Assembly (NCBI GenBank): GCA_043799405.1
Contig: JAZDNT010000003.1
Location: forward strand, 143,461-207,460
Direction: 5' to 3'
DNA from: Candidatus Kerfeldbacteria bacterium
Lineage (GTDB): Bacteria > Patescibacteriota > Patescibacteriia > SBBC01
Length of the DNA stretch: 64,000 nt
Part shown: piece after piece, positions 20,539 to 29,632 of the stretch
Position numbering within the stretch: the first letter of the stretch is position 1
Layout: each line of letters opens with the position of its first letter
Made by a program: the position numbers and the translations under genes
The notes under the pieces: generated by a model
What the model saw: only the letters and a program-made list of their open reading frames with translations
Database searches by the model: none
What the model was told of the DNA's origin: nothing

Positions 20539-21153
20539 TTATTGTACTGGATTTTTCATTCTCGAGACAGTGGCCCGACGTCGAAGTAAAAACAGCACGA
20601 ACGATGCGCTCATGACCGTTATCATCGCCGGATAGAACGTTGTACCTATAGAATAATGTTCAAGCGCGGCAATGGCGATGATGTCGCTAAGTATTGTAAG
20701 AATGTATAAGGACATAGATTCTTCCATTGGGCGCAATACGCTCTTCCGAAACGTAGGAATGTATCCGATGCTATCAGCGATCGATACCAACACTACTGCG
20801 CCTGTCGGATCATTCGTTGACTTCCAGAGCACGATAGCAACACAGGCGGAACACAAAGCAATCCAGTCGAATACCGGAAATACGAATGGCCGTCTTGCGT
20901 GCCGTACTGAGAGAACGAAAATAACGAGACAAGAAATTGCAATTGCTCCGGACGACCACGATCCGGCACCTCCCCCCTGGCTTACCTGAGCAATAAACAC
21001 AATCGCACCGATTAGTGCCCAGATAAACCATGTAAACGGATGTGGCGTTGTCCGTTTCGCTATCGTATCCCTGAAGTACGGGATGAATGCAACAATAGCG
21101 ATGACAACGCTCACGCTGCCGAGGAGTTGCTTTACAGTTATTGACAACATCAC
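20539..21153 (-). CDS. Hypothetical polytopic membrane protein
   Basis: 204 aa with about 6 hydrophobic helices. No family assigned. Confidence 0.6.
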   Translation of the reverse strand: MMLSITVKQLLGSVSVVIAIVAFIPYFRDTIAKRTTPHPFTWFIWALIGAIVFIAQVSQGGGAGSWSSGAIAISCLVIFVLSVRHARRPFVFPVFDWIALCSACVAIVLWKSTNDPTGAVVLVSIADSIGYIPTFRKSVLRPMEESMSLYILTILSDIIAIAALEHYSIGTTFYPAMITVMSASFVLFLLRRRATVSRMKNPVQ

Positions 21154-21162
21154 ACTACGTGT

Positions 21163-22866
21163 TTACCATCCTCCGCCGCCTCCACCACCGAAACCTCCTC
21201 CGGAAAAGCCTCCTCCTCCGAACCCGGAACTTCCCTTTGCCGCTGGAGGAACGAAGCTGTTCGTCGCAACGGTAGTAAAATTATTCAACGCGGACCACAG
21301 GACAAGCGAATTGAACGTTGTGCCAGGTGCGCCGTGATACCAGCTCGGCTGCTCCATGGCAATGTCCTTGAAGGCTTCGGTCCACTGCTTCACGACACCG
21401 AACACCATTGCATACGGCAAAAACTGCTCGAAGATCTTCTCCTTCTCCTGCCACTGCAGCCGGTACTTTTCCGCTCTTTCAAGGTACTCACGGAACCCAC
21501 GGCAGTGCCAGGTTGCATCAACGCCCTTAGCAGTCCGCTGAGGCATTGCCTTTGCCATGATCATTGCAAGAATCCCTGCGAGCGGCAGGACGACGATGTA
21601 GAGCAGCACGAGGAAGAAACCGAAGACCGTCACGATGAGACCTGCAAAGAAGAACTTTTTCCGCACGGAGTCCGGATTTGCGCTGAAGTAACCGTCACGA
21701 ACGGTCTGTTCATACATCAGTCGCTCCACAGTACGGAGATCCTGAGCAAATTTCCCTTTCATGGATGATAGCGTCACTGAATCTTTTCCATCAAAAAGCG
21801 ACGATAGGAGCTTCTCTTCGAACGGCTTCAACGCAGGATCAGCGTCCTTCTTTCGAACGAGCTGGTAATCCTTCTTATCGCCGAGTCCGAGGAACGTACC
21901 CTTCTCAACCTCTTCAATGACGAGGTATCCCCGAACAGCGAGGTCGACGATCGTAGCGATGACGTCGCGCGCCTGCGCTTGCTCATCGTAGATCGTGCCG
22001 ACTTCTCCCGGTCGGAGCTTGTCCGGCGGATCGTACTGCGCAATGACGGTCGGGCGCGACTTTGGGTCCCGCCCGTGCCGCAGCCACCACCGAATGAACC
22101 ATGCAATAATTACGATCGCTGCAAAGGCATTGCCGATAAGCGAAATGAGCATAGTCGTGCGCGAGATAGGGGTACGAACGCCAGCTGTTCCTGCAGTTGA
22201 CCGTATAGAATCATAGTCTGACGGTTTTATAACAATGCCGGGCTGCCATCCAGTAACAATGGTAAGGAACGTTGATGCGTTAAATACAGCATCTGCTCCT
22301 TGCTGCTCCGATGTGCAATTAGTTTCTCTTGAGCCGGCTTCCCCGGTGTAGCATGCGAGCTGTAGTATAGTTCCGGAAACTCCGGATGGATGGTGCACAA
22401 TAGCATCCACTTTCTGCAACGGAGCGTCCCACTTGTCTCCGGTCACGTTCCAGTACAGCTCGTCGTGATCAGAGAAGAAATTCACAACAGCGCTCGCAGT
22501 ATACGAAATGACGTACTCGTGCTCGCCCGTGATAGTTTTATTTGGATCACCGACCTTGATCGTAAGATCGTTGCCCTTCTTTGATGTCGTGAACGTTGCT
22601 GCTGACGAATCCTGCGTGACGCTGACATTCGATATCGGCACAGAAACTCTTCCGCCGTCGCCGGTATCGTAGCGGAACGGGATCGTGCGGAAAAAACCGT
22701 GCATATCGGTGTGATAGGTAACGACGATCGTCTCACGCACAAGGATCGATGCGTCCGTATTGACCGTGATGTCAGACAAAAAGGACGGGAACGAAAGATT
22801 AGCCGCAAACGACGGCGTCGCCACGAAAGCGAGCGCCAGTACCGCGAGCAAGATGAGCTTTCTCAT
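21163..22866 (-). CDS. DUF2207-type membrane protein with a C-terminal poly-Gly tail
   Basis: Signal peptide MRKLILLAVLALAFVATPSFA starts at M27 of the ORF (ATG 22866), followed by a large extracytoplasmic domain, TM helices and a GSSGFGGGGFSGGGFGGGGGGGW tail, as in DUF2207 proteins. The ORF is open to 22944, where an ATGA overlap with the glyQS stop exists, so the start is ambiguous. Confidence 0.8.
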   Translation of the reverse strand: MRKLILLAVLALAFVATPSFAANLSFPSFLSDITVNTDASILVRETIVVTYHTDMHGFFRTIPFRYDTGDGGRVSVPISNVSVTQDSSAATFTTSKKGNDLTIKVGDPNKTITGEHEYVISYTASAVVNFFSDHDELYWNVTGDKWDAPLQKVDAIVHHPSGVSGTILQLACYTGEAGSRETNCTSEQQGADAVFNASTFLTIVTGWQPGIVIKPSDYDSIRSTAGTAGVRTPISRTTMLISLIGNAFAAIVIIAWFIRWWLRHGRDPKSRPTVIAQYDPPDKLRPGEVGTIYDEQAQARDVIATIVDLAVRGYLVIEEVEKGTFLGLGDKKDYQLVRKKDADPALKPFEEKLLSSLFDGKDSVTLSSMKGKFAQDLRTVERLMYEQTVRDGYFSANPDSVRKKFFFAGLIVTVFGFFLVLLYIVVLPLAGILAMIMAKAMPQRTAKGVDATWHCRGFREYLERAEKYRLQWQEKEKIFEQFLPYAMVFGVVKQWTEAFKDIAMEQPSWYHGAPGTTFNSLVLWSALNNFTTVATNSFVPPAAKGSSGFGGGGFSGGGFGGGGGGGW

Positions 22867-22940
22867 CCCGTTAGAGCGCCCTGTTTTTTGCATTGTGGAA
22901 TTTCCGATGAACGTTTGTTGAAATCGCCGCTCTAACGGGA

Positions 22941-24422
22941 TCATGCAAGTTTGTTCGAAAACCAGCCGGAGAGATCGCTGATCGCGACGTCTTCCTGCGC
23001 CATGGTATCCCGATCGCGGATTGTAACCGTCCCCTTTTTACGTTTTCCGCCTTCGAGCGTATCAAAGTCAATAGTAATACACCACGGCGTCCCGATCTCG
23101 TCCTGCCTCCGGTACCGCTTCCCTATCGAACCGGTCTCATCGTAGTCGATCATCCAGTTGTTCCGGAGGGCCGCTGCTATCTCTTTCGCGACCTTGATGA
23201 GTTCGGGCTTCTTTGAGAGCGGCAGTACCGCTGCCTTGTACGGCGCAAGCTTCGGATGCAGTTTCAACACTACCTCTTCTTCTTTGATGCTTTCGGTCGT
23301 TGTAGAACGCCCGCCCTTGACCACCTCGTATGCATCGATCAGGAACGCGAGCGCCGCGCGGTCAAGGCCCCACGACGGCTCGATGACGTATGGCACCTTC
23401 TTTATCTTCCCATCTTCGTTGATGGCTGTTGCGAACGCGAGCTCGTCGCCCTTGGCAAACTTACCGTGCTGCTTCAGGTCATAGTCCGTACGATCCGCAA
23501 TACCCATGAGCTCTGCCCAGCCGCTCTCGATCGGAAACGCATACTCGATGTCGGTCGTCGCTCGCGAGTAATGCGCGAGCTCATCAGGCTGGTACCGATG
23601 CTGCCGAAGGTGTTTCGACGAAATACCGAGCCCGAGGAACCAGTTCTCGCAGTCGTTGACCCATGCGTGGAATGCCTCCGGCGCGCTGTCAGGAACAACA
23701 AAGTACTCAATCTCTAATTGCTCAAACTCACGGTCCCGGAAAATGAAGTTACCCGGAGTTATCTCGTTCCTGAACACCCTTCCGACCTGCGCGATTCCGA
23801 ACGGTAGCTTCAGCCGCATCGATTCACGGACTGTCTGGAAACTCGTGAAAATGTTCTGCGCGGTTTCGGGACGAAGATAGACTAGTTTATTGGTACTTTC
23901 AGATGGACCTAACGCCGTTCTAAACATTAGATTCATCTGATCTGGCGCGGTCCAATGCATTTTGGAACAGTTTGGACACGCTATTTTTTTATCTATCTCG
24001 GGAACTAAAGCAAGTAAGAATTCCCTCATGATTTTTCTTGATTCTTCACCCAATATGTTACCGTCTTTTAATTTGTTATCTTCAACTTTAACTTTTTCAA
24101 GAATTCTTTTTTTCAGAGGTTCTGATAAAATATCCTCTGCCTTAAAAAATTTTTTGCATTCCTTACATTGTATTAGGAAATCCGCAAACTTTTGCGCATG
24201 TCCACTCGCTTCCCAGACCTTGGGGTTCGTAATGATGGTTCCATCAATGCCGACGATGTCATCACGCTGCTGCACAAACGTCTTCCACCACTCCTGCTTG
24301 ATATTATTCTTCAGGAGCACACCAAGCGGACCCCAATCCCAAAAACCGCCGAGTCCGCCGTAGATCTCCGCTGACGGAAACACGAAACCCCGCCGTTTAG
24401 CAAGGTTTACTATTTGTTCCAT
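22941..24422 (-). CDS. glyQS: Glycyl-tRNA synthetase (dimeric class II GlyRS)
   Basis: Homology begins at MEQIVNLAKRRGFVFPSAEIYGGLGGFWDWGPLG (ATG 24422). Class II motifs (FRNEITPGNFIFRDREFEQLEIEYF; EPSWGLDRA) are present. The ORF is open to 24551, and alternative ATGs lie at 24446 and 24473. Confidence 0.93.
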   Translation of the reverse strand: MEQIVNLAKRRGFVFPSAEIYGGLGGFWDWGPLGVLLKNNIKQEWWKTFVQQRDDIVGIDGTIITNPKVWEASGHAQKFADFLIQCKECKKFFKAEDILSEPLKKRILEKVKVEDNKLKDGNILGEESRKIMREFLLALVPEIDKKIACPNCSKMHWTAPDQMNLMFRTALGPSESTNKLVYLRPETAQNIFTSFQTVRESMRLKLPFGIAQVGRVFRNEITPGNFIFRDREFEQLEIEYFVVPDSAPEAFHAWVNDCENWFLGLGISSKHLRQHRYQPDELAHYSRATTDIEYAFPIESGWAELMGIADRTDYDLKQHGKFAKGDELAFATAINEDGKIKKVPYVIEPSWGLDRAALAFLIDAYEVVKGGRSTTTESIKEEEVVLKLHPKLAPYKAAVLPLSKKPELIKVAKEIAAALRNNWMIDYDETGSIGKRYRRQDEIGTPWCITIDFDTLEGGKRKKGTVTIRDRDTMAQEDVAISDLSGWFSNKLA

Positions 24423-24567
24423 TGTCACGGCGCTTTTTCCCTTCATACCGCGCTCAGCATACCATTTTTTCATGCTCTGTGCAATGTTCCTTGACACTCG
24501 CTCTATAGAGCGAGTACAGTTACGCACGGTAATTGCACAAGACGTTGACACCTCGGAAACGCCGGAG

Positions 24568-24591
24568 GGGGCCGAAAGCGGCGCCCTTTTT
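24568..24591 (+). promoter_or_regulatory. Terminator-like hairpin plus T5 in the pyrB leader (candidate attenuator)
   Basis: GGGGCCG-aaag-CGGC(G)CCC (24568-24586) is followed by TTTTT (24587-24591), about 155 nt upstream of the pyrB ATG. An alternative hairpin GCCCTTT(24583-24589)/AAAGGGC(24595-24601) competes for the same bases. Confidence 0.35.
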
Positions 24592-24747
24592 CATAAAGGG
24601 CGAGCGACTGAATTGTTTCTGTCGCGTCCGTTTGAGGCGGGTCGGACGCTGCGTCCTGAGCTACGTCGAAGGACGCCGTACGACCCTCAACACCTGACGG
24701 CTCGTTTCATAAACGTACACAGCGCGCTTCCAGGGAGGAACCACCTA

Positions 24748-25740
24748 ATGGAGCCTTTCGATGGATTTCCGCATGTCCTCCAGTCGCAGCAGTTCCATCC
24801 TGAAACGCTCGAGAGGATCTTCCTCGTCGCCGACGCGATCCGTTCGGCACCGGAACGCTTCTCGAACGCGCTCGCAGGGAGAAAGGTTGCCGTACTCTTC
24901 AACCAGCCGTCGTCACGGACCCGCGCCTCGTTCCAGCTCGCGGCGCAGAACCTCGGAGCAACCGTCTACGCTGAATCGAACATGGCGCTGTTCTCGTCCG
25001 AGGTCAAGGGTGAGACGCCCGAAGACACGGCGCGGATGTTCGTCGAGTACGGATTCGACTACTTCGTGCTTCGGCTCAAGCAGCCCGGAGCTATCACCCG
25101 CGTCGCAGAGGTCGTCGGCCGCGACCATCCCGTCATCAATGCCGGCGGCGGCATAGACCAGCACCCGACACAGGCGCTGCTCGACCTGAACACAATCTGG
25201 CGCGAGAACCATGATCTCAACCGGCGCATCGTCATCCTCATGGTCGGCGACCTCGAGAACGGAAGGACGGTCCGCAGCCTAACGTACCTCATGGCGAAGT
25301 ACCCCGGCGTGGAGTTCGTCTTCCTCTCCCCGTCATCGGCACAGATGCGGCAGGACTTGCTCGACCATCTGAACGAGAATGGCCGTCAGTACGCGGTACG
25401 TCTCGATGCGTGCATCGGTCGCGTCGTCGTCGAGTTCAACCCTGACATCGTGTACATGACACGGGCGCAACTCGAAACGATCGATGATCCCGGGAAGCGG
25501 GCACAGCTCGAGGGTGACTACAAGAACCTCATCCTTACTCCGGACGTCGCGGACCAGCTCAAGCCGGAAGCGATCATTCTTCACCCGCTGCCGCGCGGCC
25601 CCGAACTCCCTCAGGAGATCGACGGTAACCCCCGGAGCCGGTACTTCAGCCAGATGGGCAACGGCCTGTGGCTCAGGACAGCCCTCTTCGAGCGCATCGA
25701 GGAGACGATGAAGCGGCTTCTCATCAGAATCCACGACTGA
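24748..25740 (+). CDS. pyrB: Aspartate carbamoyltransferase catalytic chain
   Basis: SSRTRASF (S-T/R-T-R carbamoyl-P motif), HPTQALLDL and HPLPRGPELPQEID (HPLPR is the ATCase rather than the OTCase form). ATG 24748 follows SD GGGAGGAA (24733-24740). The 92-codon upstream extension in the ORF track has no homology. Confidence 0.88.
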   Translation: MEPFDGFPHVLQSQQFHPETLERIFLVADAIRSAPERFSNALAGRKVAVLFNQPSSRTRASFQLAAQNLGATVYAESNMALFSSEVKGETPEDTARMFVEYGFDYFVLRLKQPGAITRVAEVVGRDHPVINAGGGIDQHPTQALLDLNTIWRENHDLNRRIVILMVGDLENGRTVRSLTYLMAKYPGVEFVFLSPSSAQMRQDLLDHLNENGRQYAVRLDACIGRVVVEFNPDIVYMTRAQLETIDDPGKRAQLEGDYKNLILTPDVADQLKPEAIILHPLPRGPELPQEIDGNPRSRYFSQMGNGLWLRTALFERIEETMKRLLIRIHD

Positions 25741-25770
25741 CGAGACTTGTGTTCGTCTGTTCACTCCAAC

Positions 25771-25813
25771 CGGCCCGGCCTCTCTACGGAGAGTGTCGGG
25801 CCGCAGTTTTTTT
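25771..25813 (+). terminator. Rho-independent terminator after pyrB
   Basis: CGGCCCG (25771-25777) / CGGGCCG (25797-25803) with an inner CTCTC/GAGAG-type stem, followed by CAGTTTTTTT with T7 at 25807-25813. Confidence 0.8.
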
Positions 25814-25907
25814 ACTGTTGACCATTGACAATTGACCACACACAAAAAAGTCAACTGTCAAACGTTAACAGTCAAATGTCACACGTCAAACGTCAATTGT
25901 TCCTCCG

Positions 25908-28688
25908 TCACAATTCTTTTGCTGTTTCGACCCTGATCTGCCCACCCGGCTCGAGCACAGCGACATCACGCCGGCTGAGTTTACCTGTGAGCAGGAACGT
26001 CGCGAGGGCATTATCAACATTTTCTTGTAAGACCCGCCGCAACGGACGTGCGCCATAGACAGGGTCAAAACCGGCCTGCGCGATCTCATGCAGCGCTTCC
26101 GGCGTTGCGCGGAGCGTGATGCCGCGACGCTCAAGGCGTTTCGCGATCTTCGTAAGCATCAGTTCTGCGATCTGTTCTATCTCCTCTTCGGAGAGCGGCC
26201 TGAACACGATCACGTCGTCGAAGCGGTTCAGAAGTTCCGGCCTGAAGTATCGACCGAGCGTCGTCTCAAGGAGCTCGACGCGGATCTGCTCGATCATTTG
26301 TCCTTGTTTGATGCGCTGCTGGATAAGATCGGTTCCTGCGTTCGACGTCGCAATAATGATCGAATTCGTGAAGTCAATGGTACGGCCGCTCGAATCGGTA
26401 AGCCTCCCGTCGTCGAACACCTGAAGGAAAACGTTGAGGATATCCGGATGCGCCTTCTCGAGCTCATCGAGGAGAATGAGTGAGAAGGGATTGACGCGAA
26501 CCGCCTCGGTGAGATATCCGGTCGTCGACCCTTGGTACCCTGGCGGTGCGCCGAGGAGCCGCGCGATGCTCGATGAATCCTGGTACTCCGACATGTCGAG
26601 CCGGATCATATTGCGCTCGTCGCTGAAGTACACCTCGGCGACGGTCTTCGCGAGCTCGGTCTTTCCAACGCCGGTCGGTCCTAAGAACAGGAACGCTCCG
26701 ATCGGCCTCGAGAGATCCCGAAGCTCAGCACGCGAACGCCTGAGTGCGTTCGCTACGGCCTTTACAGCGTAATCCTGGCCGACCATCCGTTCGTGCATCC
26801 GTTCCTCAAGGTGCAGCAGTTTCGTCGCTTCATCCTCGCTTACTGCTGCTACGTTCGCGTTCGTCCGTCTGCTGATGACGGCCGCGGCGTCTTCATCGGT
26901 AACGACCGAGTTCGTCCCCTTCGAAGCGCGAACGTACGCACCAACTTCTTCAAGGAGCGTGAATGCCTTTTCGGGGAGCCGACGGTCGTGGATGTACCGT
27001 ACGGAGAGCTCAACGATCTTCTCGATCGCTGCGTACAGGAAAAAGACCTTATGCCGATACTCTACCGCGCCGCACTTCGATTCGAGGATCTGTATCGCGA
27101 CATCGGGAGACACCTCGTCGATGTTGATCTTTTCGAACGACGTGAAGAGGGCAGAAGGCTCAAGGTAGTGACGGTAGCCCTCGTTCGTGGTCGTCGCAAA
27201 AGCGACGAACGAACGGCTCTCGAGGACCTTTCCGAGGATGGAGGCAAGGTCGAGCGACTCGCCCGAGACCGTTGAAACGCCGACGAGCTCATGGATATCC
27301 TCGATGGCAAGCACGATGTTCCCGGACTTAACTATCTCGACGATGATCTCCTGGAGGCGCTCCTCGAGGCTGCCGGCACCGCCGGTACTGGCAACGAGCG
27401 ACGTTACCGAAAGTTGCACGAGGCGCTTATCCTGAATGACCTCAGGAACATCCTCGGCTGCCATGCGTTCCGCAATCGCGTAGAGCATGCTCGTCGTCCC
27501 GACGCCCTTCTCACCGACAAGGATGACGTTGTGCCGCCCGCTCTCAACGACCCTGAAGACGTCCTCGATCTCGCGTTCGCGATCGACCACGAGAGGCAGC
27601 GTGCCGTGCCTCGCTCGGAGCGTCAGGTCAGTGCTGAAGTGATCGAGGGTCGGCGTTGCCTGTGCGGTCATCGCTCGGTCCATCCCGCCCTTCGGTTTGT
27701 TCAGTGCCCGCACGCGAAGCCTCGAAAACGCATGGAAGAGACGGCGCTGCATGAGCGCCCAGAGGACGACGTTGTGCACCTTCTCCTTATCCGCTTTCAG
27801 ATCGAAGAGGATCTCCTGTACGATCGACGGTTCGCACGACAGTGCTTCGAGGATGTGCGGAGAGGTCACCTGAAGCATGCGGTCGTCTTGCGCGCGTTCG
27901 TACGCCCGTGCGAGTACCGCACGTGATGCCCTGCTCAACCTTGGTTCTTCCTTTCCCTTGACTACCTGCGCAAGTGCGCGCTTTATCCGGTCACGGATTG
28001 CGCTGTGACTGACGCCGAGTCGCATGAGCGCAAGCGTCACATCGTTATCGAGCGTCGAAACGGCAATGATGTGGATCGGTTCGAGAGTTTCGTGCCGCAA
28101 ACGCAACGCGAACTCGAACGCCTGTTCAATGAGCGACAGTGATGGACGCGTGTACGATAGGCTTACGTCGATGGCCTTTCCTTGCTCAACGCCCTCGATC
28201 CGGTCTGTATTCGGCGGGAGTTCGACGAGGGGCAGAGGTTCAACCGGAACCACCGTATGCCTCGAACGATCGAGACGGTAGAAGATGTAGAGGTCTGCGA
28301 GCAATGACAGCCAGAACACCAGCATGTACCCGCTTCGTAGCATTATGAGATCCTGCAGCATTCTCGGGATCTCGAGCAGTCCTCCGCTTATCATATCGAT
28401 CGCGTAGAGCGAGTAACTTCCGTATACGCCGACGATAGCGCCGATGATCCCGAATGCAAGAAAGAGCGCGTCGATTGTCGTCCTTGTCGTGCGTTCGATT
28501 TTCTCCTCGAGCAGGTGGAGCTGATCGACTGCCTTCCCCCACGTAAGCCACGTCGTTCCGTTCCAGAGGTACTGTCCATACCCATGGCACGATGCGCACA
28601 TTGAGGGTCCCTTCGGGCCAACGACGAACCCGTCGCCCTGGCAGATTGCGCACGTGACCCGAACGTTCTTTTTCGTAGGATCAGCCAT
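25908..28688 (-). CDS. Membrane-anchored Clp/Hsp100-family AAA+ ATPase with an N-terminal DnaJ-type zinc finger
   Basis: CAICQGDG and CASCHGYG (CxxCxGxG x2), two TM helices and Clp_N-like repeats. NBD1 has Walker A GEKGVGTTS and Walker B LAIEDIH. NBD2 has intact GPTGVGKTELAK and LILLDELEKAH, plus the C-terminal ClpB_D2-small domain. The likely start is MADPTKK (ATG 28688), which forms an ATGGCTGA overlap with the upstream gene's stop. Confidence 0.85.
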   Translation of the reverse strand: MADPTKKNVRVTCAICQGDGFVVGPKGPSMCASCHGYGQYLWNGTTWLTWGKAVDQLHLLEEKIERTTRTTIDALFLAFGIIGAIVGVYGSYSLYAIDMISGGLLEIPRMLQDLIMLRSGYMLVFWLSLLADLYIFYRLDRSRHTVVPVEPLPLVELPPNTDRIEGVEQGKAIDVSLSYTRPSLSLIEQAFEFALRLRHETLEPIHIIAVSTLDNDVTLALMRLGVSHSAIRDRIKRALAQVVKGKEEPRLSRASRAVLARAYERAQDDRMLQVTSPHILEALSCEPSIVQEILFDLKADKEKVHNVVLWALMQRRLFHAFSRLRVRALNKPKGGMDRAMTAQATPTLDHFSTDLTLRARHGTLPLVVDREREIEDVFRVVESGRHNVILVGEKGVGTTSMLYAIAERMAAEDVPEVIQDKRLVQLSVTSLVASTGGAGSLEERLQEIIVEIVKSGNIVLAIEDIHELVGVSTVSGESLDLASILGKVLESRSFVAFATTTNEGYRHYLEPSALFTSFEKINIDEVSPDVAIQILESKCGAVEYRHKVFFLYAAIEKIVELSVRYIHDRRLPEKAFTLLEEVGAYVRASKGTNSVVTDEDAAAVISRRTNANVAAVSEDEATKLLHLEERMHERMVGQDYAVKAVANALRRSRAELRDLSRPIGAFLFLGPTGVGKTELAKTVAEVYFSDERNMIRLDMSEYQDSSSIARLLGAPPGYQGSTTGYLTEAVRVNPFSLILLDELEKAHPDILNVFLQVFDDGRLTDSSGRTIDFTNSIIIATSNAGTDLIQQRIKQGQMIEQIRVELLETTLGRYFRPELLNRFDDVIVFRPLSEEEIEQIAELMLTKIAKRLERRGITLRATPEALHEIAQAGFDPVYGARPLRRVLQENVDNALATFLLTGKLSRRDVAVLEPGGQIRVETAKEL

Positions 28689-29073
28689 TGAAGCGTATGA
28701 ACTGATAGACGACCTCATATACGACGAACGGCATAAGAGCGAGCCACACGAGGAATCCGGCGAAGAGCAGTACCGTCCATATCGCCAAACCGACGAACCG
28801 GAAAGCGAACACGATGATGCGGACGAAAAAGCTGATGATACGGCCGCTCTTGCTGTAGTCGCCGTACATCGGTTTCCCTATATTACGCACGAGGATCGGG
28901 ATCGAGAGACGGTTGAGTATCGAGAGGAACTCCTGCCAGATAAAACGTGCTGCATTCGCTGTTCCTGTCGTATACCACCAGAACGGAAAACGGAATACGT
29001 CAAAAACAACGTCGCTGAACACGAACCGCAGTGCTCTTCCCATGACCGATTGTGTTGGTTTTATGCCCGCCAT
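28681..29073 (-). CDS. Small membrane protein, translationally coupled to the Clp-like ATPase
   Basis: 130 aa with 2-3 hydrophobic helices. Its stop overlaps the Clp-like start (ATGGCTGA). Confidence 0.6.
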   Translation of the reverse strand: MAGIKPTQSVMGRALRFVFSDVVFDVFRFPFWWYTTGTANAARFIWQEFLSILNRLSIPILVRNIGKPMYGDYSKSGRIISFFVRIIVFAFRFVGLAIWTVLLFAGFLVWLALMPFVVYEVVYQFIRFNG

Positions 29074-29176
29074 TACCTATACCATACAAAAAAATGGATA
29101 TTTTTTCAACTACGGTCCCGAATTCCAAGGGGGGGGTCGGCGCAACGCATGACTGGCTGACCCCCCAAAGGTACTC

Positions 29177-29437
29177 TTATTTCGACGAACCGTGCCACAG
29201 AACGAACCCTCCTGGTCTTTCTTCCCTTGTTCCGACATGAATCATCCCATGACAGAACCTGCACACTGTGGGCTCGTGGTGCCCGTCAAACACGAACGAG
29301 CTTCGTGTCTCGCCGCAAAACACGGTATGGTGGTCACCGACCATGTGTCCCCGCGTTTCGGCGTGCATCCAATCCCGTACCTCAAGAGGAAAATGGTACA
29401 GGTGCCCCTTGGGTATCTCCCTTTTCCTCTTTGACAC
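29177..29437 (-). CDS. Hypothetical His/Cys-rich small protein
   Basis: 86-aa ORF rich in His and Cys (HHTVFCGE...HHEPTVCRFCHGMIH). The only support is ORF integrity and its position in an otherwise gene-free gap. Confidence 0.35.
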   Translation of the reverse strand: MSKRKREIPKGHLYHFPLEVRDWMHAETRGHMVGDHHTVFCGETRSSFVFDGHHEPTVCRFCHGMIHVGTREERPGGFVLWHGSSK

Positions 29438-29548
29438 GATTAATCACCTCCTCATGTGTTCGTATCATTACAACGATCCTCGACCTCTACGTTCTGCTTT
29501 ACGGTAATAATCCCTATATGTCAACCTTAAAATAGTACATTTCTCCAC

Positions 29549-29577
29549 TTGACGAAGTCTACTGCGAATTGTAAGCT
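29549..29577 (+). promoter_or_regulatory. Candidate sigma70-type promoter (CTTGACG-N17-TAAGCT)
   Basis: TTGACG at 29549-29554, a 17-nt spacer, then TAAGCT at 29572-29577, 56 nt upstream of ATG 29633. Confidence 0.35.
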
Positions 29578-29632
29578 CCTGTCTGCTTTTACGGAAACTG
29601 ATGACGTTCGTCGAAACAACGGGGGAGGTCCA

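Noticed and set aside
21083-21337. Plus-strand ORF encoding a polyproline run (PPPPPPKPPPEKPPPPNPELP)
   Set aside because: It is the reverse complement of the poly-Gly tail of the DUF2207 protein and is an antisense artefact.
24472-24747. 92-codon N-terminal extension of the pyrB ORF
   Set aside because: It has no ATCase homology, overlaps the glyQS 5' region, and a strong SD precedes the internal ATG at 24748.
25814-25905. Possible CRISPR-like array suggested by repeated GTCAAAYGT units (also at 6754-6824 and 54107-54140)
   Set aside because: The units are only about 9-12 nt, irregularly spaced and partly inverted, with no spacers of uniform length and no cas genes. They fit a short dispersed hairpin repeat instead.
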